This document shows positions 17,978 to 26,182 of a DNA stretch of 64,000 bases, in pieces (position 1 is the first letter of the stretch; each line of letters begins with the position of its first letter). The translations under genes were made by a program, and so were the position numbers. The DNA comes from Trueperaceae bacterium (GTDB lineage: Bacteria > Deinococcota > Deinococci > Deinococcales > Trueperaceae). Under the pieces are notes generated by a model. That model was not told the DNA's origin and made no database searches. It worked only from the letters and a program-made list of their open reading frames with translations. The stretch covers positions 1,696,001 through 1,760,000 of the forward strand of contig JAXHLW010000013.1 of assembly GCA_034521815.1 (NCBI GenBank), given 5' to 3'.

Positions 17978-18979
17978 ATGCATCTCGCACGTTTCGCCCG
18001 GCGCCGCTACACGGAGGGACGCACCCCGCTCCAGCCGCTTTCCCGCCTCTCGGCCGCGCTGGGCGGCCCCGAAATCTGGATCAAGCGCGACGACCTGACC
18101 GGCCTGGGCGCCGGCGGCAACAAGACGCGGAAGCTCGAGTTCCTCGTCGCCGACGCGTTGGAGCAAGGCGCGGACATGCTGATCACGACCGGCGCTCCGC
18201 AGTCGAACCACTGTCGCCTGACGTTGGCGGCGGCGGCGAAGGAAGGCCTCCGTTGCCGCCTCCTGATCGAGGAGCGCGTCCCAGGCAGCTACGACGCCCA
18301 CGACGTGGGCAACGCGCTGCTGTTCGAGCTGATGGGGGTGGACCAGATCGAGGTGGTACCGGCCGGGTCCGACCTGATGGCCGGGATGCAGCGCATGGCC
18401 GAGGTGGCCGAAGCGCAGGGCCGCAAGCCGTACCTGATCCCCGGCGGGGGCTCCAATGCGCTGGGCTCGCTGGGGTACGTCGCGTGCGCGGAAGAGACGC
18501 TGCAGCAGGCGTTCGAGGCGGGCGTGGCGTTCGACCACATCGTCTGCGCCAGCGGCTCCGGTGGCACCCACGCCGGCCTGCTGGCCGGGCTGCACGGCAC
18601 GAACGCGAACGTGCCGCTGACCGGCATCAGCGTGCGCGCCGAGCGTGGGCCGCAGGAGGAGAAGATCTGGCGTCTGGCGCAGGCCGCCTGCGACCTCGCC
18701 GGCGTCCGCTCCGACGTTCCCGAGGAGGCGGTCGTCGTTCGGGACGACCAGGTCGGACCCGGCTACAGCCTGCCGACCGAAGCGATGCGCGACGCCGTTC
18801 AGCTGTTCGCGCGGACCGAGGCGATCCTGCTGGACCCGGTCTACACCGGCAAGACGGCGGCCGGCCTGATCGCGATGGTGGTGGACGGCTCGCTGAGCGA
18901 CGATCAACGCGTGCTGTTCGTGCATACCGGCGGAAGCCCGGCGCTGCACGCCTATCCGGAGCAGGTGCGCTCACAGTGA
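17978..18979 (+). CDS. PLP-dependent D-cysteine desulfhydrase / cysteate sulfo-lyase family protein
   Basis: IKRDDL, GGNKTRKLEF, QSNHCR, SGSGGTHAG, LLDPVYTGK and FVHTGG. The YTGK and HTGG variants argue against ACC deaminase (YEGK, HLGG). Confidence 0.9.
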   Translation: MHLARFARRRYTEGRTPLQPLSRLSAALGGPEIWIKRDDLTGLGAGGNKTRKLEFLVADALEQGADMLITTGAPQSNHCRLTLAAAAKEGLRCRLLIEERVPGSYDAHDVGNALLFELMGVDQIEVVPAGSDLMAGMQRMAEVAEAQGRKPYLIPGGGSNALGSLGYVACAEETLQQAFEAGVAFDHIVCASGSGGTHAGLLAGLHGTNANVPLTGISVRAERGPQEEKIWRLAQAACDLAGVRSDVPEEAVVVRDDQVGPGYSLPTEAMRDAVQLFARTEAILLDPVYTGKTAAGLIAMVVDGSLSDDQRVLFVHTGGSPALHAYPEQVRSQ

Positions 18980-19680
18980 CGGGCCGGGTCGTCGGCGTGC
19001 TGGGAGGGATGGGGCCGGCGGCGACCTGGGACTTCTGCAGCAGGCTCACGGCGGCCACCCCCGCCACGAAGGACCAGGATCACCTGCGCGTCCTGGTGGA
19101 CGCCGATCCGTCGGTTCCCGACCGCAACGCCGCGCTCGAGGGGCGCGGTCCGTCGCCCGGGCCGCGCCTCGCCGCGATGGCGCGCGGGCTGGAGCGCGCC
19201 GGCGCGGAGGTCCTGTGCATGCCGTGCAACGCGGCGCACGCCTTCGCGGACGACGTCCGCGACGCGACGGTCGTGCCGTTCGTCGACATGATCGAGGCGA
19301 CCGTCGAGGCGACCATGAAGCGCGTGCCCGACGCGCGCCGCGTGGGCCTGCTGGCGACGACGGCGACCCTGGACGCCGGCCTGTACGAGCGGGTGTTCAG
19401 GGAGCGCGGGGTCGAGGTGGTGATCCCCGCCCCTGCGCAGCGCGACGAGATGATGGCCGCGATCTACGCCGTGAAGACGGGCGAGCTGGGCCCCGCAACG
19501 CGTGCGGCGATGCGGCGGGCGGCCCAGGCCGCGGTCGCCGCGGGGGCCGAAGCTCTGGTCGCGGCGTGCACGGAGGTCCCGCTGGCGCTCACGCAGGAGG
19601 ATCTCGAGGTGCCGCTGGTGGTGTCGAGCGAGGCGCTGGCCGTCGTCGTGGTCCGGATCGCGACGCGCACCGAACCGTAG
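18976..19680 (+). CDS. Aspartate/glutamate racemase family amino acid racemase
   Basis: GTG overlaps the upstream stop. GVLGGMGPAAT, DQDH, and two catalytic Cys in PCNAAH and ACTEVP. Confidence 0.9.
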   Translation: MTGRVVGVLGGMGPAATWDFCSRLTAATPATKDQDHLRVLVDADPSVPDRNAALEGRGPSPGPRLAAMARGLERAGAEVLCMPCNAAHAFADDVRDATVVPFVDMIEATVEATMKRVPDARRVGLLATTATLDAGLYERVFRERGVEVVIPAPAQRDEMMAAIYAVKTGELGPATRAAMRRAAQAAVAAGAEALVAACTEVPLALTQEDLEVPLVVSSEALAVVVVRIATRTEP

Positions 19681-19685
19681 CGCGC

Positions 19686-19738
19686 TGGACGCATTGCGTC
19701 CAAACTCCTTGACGATCGCGACGCGAGACGCTTAAACT
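19686..19738 (+). promoter_or_regulatory. Sigma70-type promoter TTGACG-N18-TAAACT with upstream perfect palindrome TGGACGCA-T-TGCGTCCA
   Basis: -35 at 19709-19714, -10 at 19733-19738, palindrome at 19686-19702. Confidence 0.6.
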
Positions 19739-19751
19739 CGCGGTGGGCCTC

Positions 19752-20291
19752 ATGTTCATGCAGGATCGGAGACCGCCGTTGCCCGCACCCCGATACCTCC
19801 AGCTCGACACCGTCGACCGCCGCATCGTGGACCTGCTCCGCGACGACGGACGAATGGCGTTCCGCGAGATCGCGCGTCGCCTGGACGTATCCGAGTCGAT
19901 GGTCCGCAAGCGGGTCGCCCGCCTGCTGCGGCAGGGCTGGATGAAGATCCAGGCGATCAGCGATCCGCTGCAGCTGGGCGTGCCGATTCTCGCGACCACC
20001 TACGCCCGCGTCCGCCCCGGTCAGGTGGAGGAGATCACCGACCGCATCGCCCGCCATCCGGCGGTCCGCTACGTCGCCCTCGGCGTCGGCAGCCACAACG
20101 TGGTCGTCGAATCCCTCCACGCCGACAACGGGGAGCTCCACGAGTTCCTCCAGGCCGAGCTGGGACGACCGGGGATCGTCACCAGCGAGACCATCCAAGT
20201 CGTGAAGATCAAGAAGAGCGTCTGGGACTGGGCGATCCCCGGTGAGCCCGAACCGGACGACGAGCTCGTTCTCGCAGGGAGGTCCGCATGA
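19752..20291 (+). CDS. Lrp/AsnC family transcriptional regulator
   Basis: LDTVDRRIVDLLRDDGRMAFREIARRLDVSESMVRKRVARL HTH plus a RAM-like C-terminal domain. Exact start uncertain (19743, 19752 or 19758). Confidence 0.9.
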   Translation: MFMQDRRPPLPAPRYLQLDTVDRRIVDLLRDDGRMAFREIARRLDVSESMVRKRVARLLRQGWMKIQAISDPLQLGVPILATTYARVRPGQVEEITDRIARHPAVRYVALGVGSHNVVVESLHADNGELHEFLQAELGRPGIVTSETIQVVKIKKSVWDWAIPGEPEPDDELVLAGRSA

Positions 20292-21806
20292 CCCGATTCC
20301 GTCTCGTTCTCACGACCCTGGCGCTGAGCCTGCTGCTCGGCGCCGGCCTGGCGCAGGAGCGCGGAGGCACGCTCACCGCCGCCTGGGCGCAGAACCCCGT
20401 GGGCCTCGACCCGCACGCCACCAGCGCCTACTCCAGCTACCAGGTTCTCGGAAACGTGCTGGACACCCTCGTCGACTTCGACGACGATCAGAACCTGGTG
20501 CCCGCCCTGGCCGAGTCCTGGTCCGTCGACGACGCCGGCCTGGTCTGGACGTTCGAGCTTCGCGACGACGTGAAGTTCAGCAACGGGCGCGACTTCACCG
20601 CGGCCGACGTGAAGTACACCTACGACCGGATGCTGGATCCCGAGACCGCCAGCGGCAACGCCTGGCGCCTGGGCGCGGTCGAGTCGATCGACGTCGTGGA
20701 CGACCACACCGTCACCATCACGCTGGGCTCGCCGAACACCGGCTTCCTCGGCAAGCTCGCGAGCGGCGCGCCCGTCGGCATCATCGCGCGCGAGTCGGTC
20801 GAGGACGGCAGCATCGACACCGCTCCCATCGGGACCGGCCCGTTCATGATCACCGACTACCAGCCCGGCACCCTGGTGATGCTGGAGCGCAACGATCTCC
20901 ACTGGCGCACCGACGCCGACGGCACGCAGCTCCCCTACCTCGACGCGGTCGAGCTGCGCATCATCAGCGACGACAGCGTCCGCCGCAGCGCGCTGGTGAC
21001 CGGCGACGTCGACTGGACCATCTCCATCCCGCCACAGTCGCTGCCCGAGCTCGAGGAGCGCGACGACGTCATCGTCGACCGCAGCGCCGCGCCGGCGTAC
21101 TGGTACATCGGCGTCAACACCGAGCGCGAGCCGCTGGACGACGTGCGCGTGCGTCAGGCGATCAGCTACGCCCTGAACCGCGGCCAGATCACCGAGGCCG
21201 CCACCTTCGGCACCGGCGTTCCCACCCAGGATCCGATTCCCTCGGTCAGCGCCTGGGCGTTCGACTACGCTCCGTACGGTCAGGACCTCGAGAAGGCGCG
21301 TGCGCTGCTGGCCGAGGCCGGCGTCGAAGACGGCTTCGAGATGACGATCATGCCGACCACCGAGTACGAAGAGTCGATCCGCGCCGCGCAGGTGATTCAG
21401 GCGCAGCTCGCGCCGCTGGGCGATCTCCGTCGAGCTGGACACGCGTGAATGGGCCGACTGGCTGGACACGCAGGGCCAGGGGAACTACGACACGTTCGTG
21501 TGCAGCTGGAACGTCCTGCTCGACCCGGACGACTTCTACTACGCGCAGCACAAGACCGGCGAGGTGTTCAACTTCACCGGCTACAGCAACCCGACCGTCG
21601 ACGAGCTGCTCGAAGAGGGCCGCGTGGTGGACGATTTCGACACCCGCTACGAGATCTACGAGCAGGTGAACCAGGAGATCGTGGACGACGCCCCCTACAT
21701 CTACCTCTACAACCCCGGGAACATCCAGGCGTACCGGACGAACGTCGAGGGCTACACCGCCCGCGGCGACCAGACCATCCGGTTCGTCCGGACCTGGCTG
21801 GACTGA
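20288..21806 (+). CDS. ABC transporter substrate-binding protein, family 5 (DppA-like), frameshift near 21420
   Basis: Signal peptide ending GLAQ. PALAESW, FELRDDVKFSNG, PIGTGPF and DVRVRQAISYALNR. The C-terminus continues in ORF 21498-21806. Confidence 0.9.
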
Positions 21807-21814
21807 CGTCGCTC

Positions 21815-21858
21815 GACCTCTCCCGGACGCGCGCTCCCGTGCGCGTCCGGGAGAGGTC
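21815..21858 (+). terminator. Perfect 18-bp stem-loop between the SBP and permease genes (mRNA stabiliser/partial terminator)
   Basis: GACCTCTCCCGGACGCGC (21815-21832), 8-nt loop, GCGCGTCCGGGAGAGGTC (21841-21858). Confidence 0.65.
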
Positions 21859-21889
21859 CAGCGTCGACCCCACCGATGAATCTTCAGCT

Positions 21890-22841
21890 ATGAGCCTCCG
21901 CTATCTTCTTCAGCGACTCGGGACGCTGGCGCTGGTCCTGTTCGGCGTCTCCGTCATCGCGTTCTCGATCCAGCCGCTCATTCCCGGCAGCCCGGCCCGT
22001 ATCCGCCTGGGCGTCCAGGCCACCGACGAGAACATCGCCACCCTCGAGCGCCAGATGGGGCTCGACAGGCCGCTGGTGGTGCAGTACGTCGACTTGGGTC
22101 GGCGACATCGTCCTGCGCGGCGACTTCGGCGAGAGCCTGATCACGCGAACCTCGATCTCGGACGAGATCGCGCGCCGCCTGCCCGCCACCCTCGCCCTGG
22201 CCGGCCTGGCGCTGGTGATCGGTCTGATGATCGCCCTGCCGCTCGGGATCTTCTCGGCGCTCAGGCCGGGCGGCAAGCGCGACCTGGCGGCGTCGATCGT
22301 CAGCCAGGTCGGTGTCTCCGTGCCCGACTTCTGGATGGGCATCCTGCTGATCCTGCTGTTCGCCGAGACGCTCGGCTGGCTCCCCTCGTCCGGGTACGAG
22401 CCGCTGTCGCAAGGGTTCGTCCCCTGGTTCTCGCACATGATCCTGCCCGCGTTGACGGCCGGGCTGATCAGCGGATCGATCATGACCCGCTTCGTCCGCA
22501 GCGCGCTGCTCGAGGTGCTCGGTCAGGACTACGTCCGAACGGCGCGCGCGAAGGGCGTGGGCCCACGCGTGGTGCTGACGAAGCACGTTCTGCGCAACGC
22601 GGCGATCTCGATCGTGACGATCATCGGCTTGCAGATGGCGACGCTGCTCTCCTCCGTCGTCGTCGTCGAGATCATCTTCGCGTGGCCCGGCCTGGGCTCG
22701 CTGGCGCTCACCTCCACGCTGCAGCGCGACTACCCCGTGCTTCAGGCCGCCGTCCTGATGGCGGCGGTGGCGTTCACGGTGATCAACCTGCTGACCGACC
22801 TCTCCTACGTCCTCCTCGACCCCAGCGTCGAGGTCGCCTAG
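21890..22841 (+). CDS. ABC transporter permease (DppB-like), frameshift near 22090
   Basis: GLDRPLVVQY, SVPDFWMG, DYVRTARAKG, KHVLRNA, VEIIFAWPGLG and RDYPVLQ. Confidence 0.9.
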
Positions 22842-22849
22842 GGAATCCG

Positions 22850-23734
22850 ATGACGACGCGAACCTCGACCGACCGTGGCGACCGGCTGGGCAAGCGCCCC
22901 GTCGTCGACTTCCTCCGTCGCTTCGTACGCCACCGGCTCGCCGTCCTGGGGGCCTTGATCATCGCGACCCTGGTGATCGTGGCGGCGTTCGGCCGCGCGC
23001 TGGCGCCGTACGACCCGTTGGGCATGGACTTCGGCGCGGTGTTCGCCCCTCCCGGTCCGGAGCACCTGTTCGGCACCGACGAGTTCGGGCGCGACATCTT
23101 CTCGCGCATCCTGTACGGGGCGCGCATCTCGCTGCAGGTCGCGTTCATCGCCGTCGGCATCAGCGGAACCCTGGGCGTGGCGCTCGGCCTGCTGGCCGGC
23201 TTCCTGGGAGGCTGGCTGGACGAGCTGGTGATGCGGTTCATGGACGTCCTGTTCGCGTTTCCCGCGGTGCTCCTGGCGATCACGATCATGGCGATCCTGG
23301 GCCGCGGCGTCGGCAACGCGATGATCGCGATCGCGATCGTGTACGTTCCGATCTTCGCGCGGGTGACGCGGGGAGCGGTGATCAGCGTTCGCGGCCGCGA
23401 GTTCGTCATCGCCGCCCGCGCGCTGGGAAAACGACCGTTGGGCGTGATGCTCCGGCACGTGCTGCCCAACGCGCTGGGCCCGATCATCGTGCAGACCTCG
23501 CTGAGCCTGGCGTTCGCGATCCTGGCCGAGGCCGCGCTGTCGTTCTTCGGTCTGGGCACGCAGCCGCCCGATCCCAGCTGGGGCCGCATGCTCTCGGAAG
23601 GCCGCGGCTTCCTCAGGCAGGCTCCCTGGATGGGCATCTTCCCCGGCCTGGCGATCATGGTGTCGGTGATGGGGTTCAACTTCCTGGGCGACGGCCTCCG
23701 CGATCTGCTGGACCCGCGGTCCACGCGTTCCTGA
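22850..23734 (+). CDS. ABC transporter permease (DppC-like)
   Basis: HLFGTDEFGRDIFSRILYGARISL, EFVIAARALG, RHVLPN, EAALSFFGLG, PSWG and NFLGDGLRD. Confidence 0.93.
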   Translation: MTTRTSTDRGDRLGKRPVVDFLRRFVRHRLAVLGALIIATLVIVAAFGRALAPYDPLGMDFGAVFAPPGPEHLFGTDEFGRDIFSRILYGARISLQVAFIAVGISGTLGVALGLLAGFLGGWLDELVMRFMDVLFAFPAVLLAITIMAILGRGVGNAMIAIAIVYVPIFARVTRGAVISVRGREFVIAARALGKRPLGVMLRHVLPNALGPIIVQTSLSLAFAILAEAALSFFGLGTQPPDPSWGRMLSEGRGFLRQAPWMGIFPGLAIMVSVMGFNFLGDGLRDLLDPRSTRS

Positions 23735-23735
23735 G

Positions 23736-26095
23736 GTGCACCGCGTCCAGCGGCCCGCCGCCGCGTTCCTGCTGGCGTTTTCGGGCCTGCTGGCCGAGCT
23801 GGCGTGGACCCGCATCACCGGCCTGCTGTTCTTCGGCGAGTCCGCGTTCCTGGTCGTGTCGTGGGCCGTCGCCGGCCTGTCGCTGGGCGCCGCGCTGGGG
23901 GCCGTCCGCCCCGGGCTCCTGCGCCGCCCGGTCAGCGCCGCCTCCGGCGTCGCCGCGGGCGCGGCGTCCGCGGCCGGCCTGGCGGTGGTGCTGCTCGCCG
24001 CGGGGCGCGGCGGGGTCGGCCTGGCGCTGGCGGCGATCGTCCCCAGCTTCGCCGCGTTCGGCCTGGCGCTGGCCGGCGTGTTCGCCGGCGATCCGCGCCA
24101 CGCCCCGCGCATCTACGCCGCCGACCTGGCCGGCGCCGCCCTGGGCGCGATCGCCTCGCTCCCGGCGCTGAGCCTGCTGGGCGCGCCGGACGCGTTGCTG
24201 CTGGCCGCCGCCGGCGCTGCGGGCGCAGGTGTCGTGCTGGCGGCCGGAGCCGGGCGCGGGGCGCAGCCGGGAACGGTCGTCCGGGGGCAGGTGGCGGCAG
24301 GAACGGTGGCGGCGGGAACGGTCGCGGCGGCGCTGCTTCTCCTGGTCGCCGCGCCCGGTCCCGATGCCGATCCGCACCGCTGGGCGACCCCGAAGAGCAT
24401 CGTGGCCGAGCTCGATCGCGGAGGGGAGCTGCTTCAGTCCCGCTGGGGCTCGGTCGGCCGGAGCGACCTGGTGCGGCGAGCCGACGGCGCCGAGGTGCTC
24501 TACCTGGACGGCGGCGCGGGGTCGCTCGTTCCGACGCCGGGCTCGGCGGAGCTGTGGCGCGGCGACCTCGGCCGGTTCGCGTTCGAGGCGTTGCAGCCGG
24601 AACGCGTCTTCGTCGTCGGCGGTGGCGCGGGGTTGGAGGCGGCGCACGCGCTGGAAACCGGCGCCCTCGAGGTCGTCGTGGCGGAGGTGAACCGGGCGGG
24701 CACCGCCCTGGCGCGCGAGCGACTGGCCGCCCTGCGTTCCGCCCAGGGGTCCGAGGACGGCCCGCCGGCGGACGCCCCGGGGGATCCGTTCAGCGACCCG
24801 CGGGTGCGCTGGGTGGGCGACGAGGCTCGCGCCGTCCTGCGCGCGTCGGGCGGCGGTTACGACCTGATCACGCTGTCGCAGGCGGTGACCCGGACGGCGG
24901 AGGCGCGCGGCCTGGCGTTGACGGAGAACGGGATCTATACCGTCGAGGCGACACGAGGCTGGCTGGCGTCGCTGGCCCCTGGCGGGGCCGTCGCCTACGA
25001 GCTGTACGACGAGCTGACACTGACCCGGGTGCTGACGACCGTCGGCACGGCCCTGGTCGAGATGGGCGCCGCCCGGGACGACGCGGCCGCGCTGGACCGG
25101 ATGGTCCTGCTGCTCGACCCGATCGACCGTCCCGCCGACCCCGCTGTTGCTGGCGTTCCGGGACGCCCCGGACCGCGACGAGGTCGTGGCGATCGCACGC
25201 GCGGCGGAGGCTGGCGGCCTGGCGCTGCTGCACCTGCCCGGACTGCTCGAGAATCCGCCGTTGGACGAGATCGCCAGCGGACGCTCCAGCCTGGCGTCGC
25301 TGGTCGCGGCCAGCTCCGAGGTGGACATCTCCCCCACGCGGGACGACGCGCCGTTCTTCTGGTCGTTCGAGCCGCGGTCTTCCCGTTCGCTGCGACGCGC
25401 CGTGACCGGTCTGGCGGTGCTGACGGTCGTGCTGGCGTCGGCCCTGATCCTCGGCTGGCCGCGTTCCGCCCCTCCGTCCCGTGGAACACGGCCGGGCCTG
25501 GGCGTCGCGGCGCTGCTGGGCGCCAGCTTCCTGGCGCTCGAGATGGCGTTGCTGTCGCGCGCCGGGCTGCTCCTCGGCCATCCCGCGGCAGCGCTGGCGA
25601 CGACGCTGGGAGCGCTCCTGGCGGGCGCGGGTATCGGTGCCGTCGGAAGTCGCCGAAGACCCGACGCGTGGCGCTCGGTGTCCGTCGCGGCCGCCGCGGC
25701 CGCGCTCGCCGCCGTGGCGTGGACGGTGGCCTGGCCCCCGATCGCGGCCGCCGTCGGCGGCGAGAGGGCGATCGTACGAACGTTGGCCGCGATCGCCGTG
25801 CTGACGCCGCTGGGCGTCGCGCTGGGCGCGCCGTTTCCGTTGCTGCTGCGCCGCTTGGGCGCCCTGCCCGCGGCCGACGCGAGCCCAGGCGCGAGCGCCA
25901 GGCACGCGGCCCGACGCGAACCCCGGCACGATCGCGCGGGCGTGGGCGCTGAACGGCGCGGGCTCGCTGCTCGGAGGCGTGGGCGCGATCGCGATCGCGC
26001 ACCTCGCAGGCTTTCGGACCGTGGCACTGATCGCGATCGCAGGCTACGTCGCCGCCGCCGTCCTCGCCTTCACGATGCGCGATCGCGGCGCGTAG
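23736..26095 (+). CDS. Membrane protein with a central spermidine synthase-like SAM-binding domain (frameshifts near 25130 and 25900)
   Basis: N-terminal TM helices with IYAADLAGAALG. Central VVGGGAGLE, VAEVN, GDEAR, YDLITLS, LTENGIYTVEA and PTRDDAPFF. C-terminal TM helices with LGAPFP and AWALNGAGSLLG. Confidence 0.75.
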
Positions 26096-26119
26096 AACGA
26101 CCCGCTCGAACCCGAGCGA

Positions 26120-26151
26120 GCGGCCCCGAACCGTGAAAGGTTCGGGGCCGC
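26120..26151. terminator. Perfect 13-bp stem-loop between convergent genes, likely bidirectional terminator
   Basis: GCGGCCCCGAACC-GTGAAA-GGTTCGGGGCCGC. A smaller hairpin CGCTCG-AACC-CGAGCG lies at 26103-26118. Confidence 0.65.
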
Positions 26152-26182
26152 CGAAGGGCGAACGTCGTAGCGATCAGGGCGG

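Noticed and set aside
17978-18979. ACC deaminase (acdS) call
   Set aside because: Has YTGK and HTGG rather than the Glu and Leu signature residues of true ACC deaminases.
21449-22849. Apparent 761-aa fused permease ORF
   Set aside because: Chance read-through linking part of the frameshifted first permease with the second permease, which has its own ATG at 22850.
3654-26095. Programmed frameshifting or pseudogenes in the regulator, SBP, permease and spermidine-synthase-like genes
   Set aside because: The indels are scattered, lack evident slippery sites, and the flanking motifs are intact. Sequencing error is the simpler explanation.
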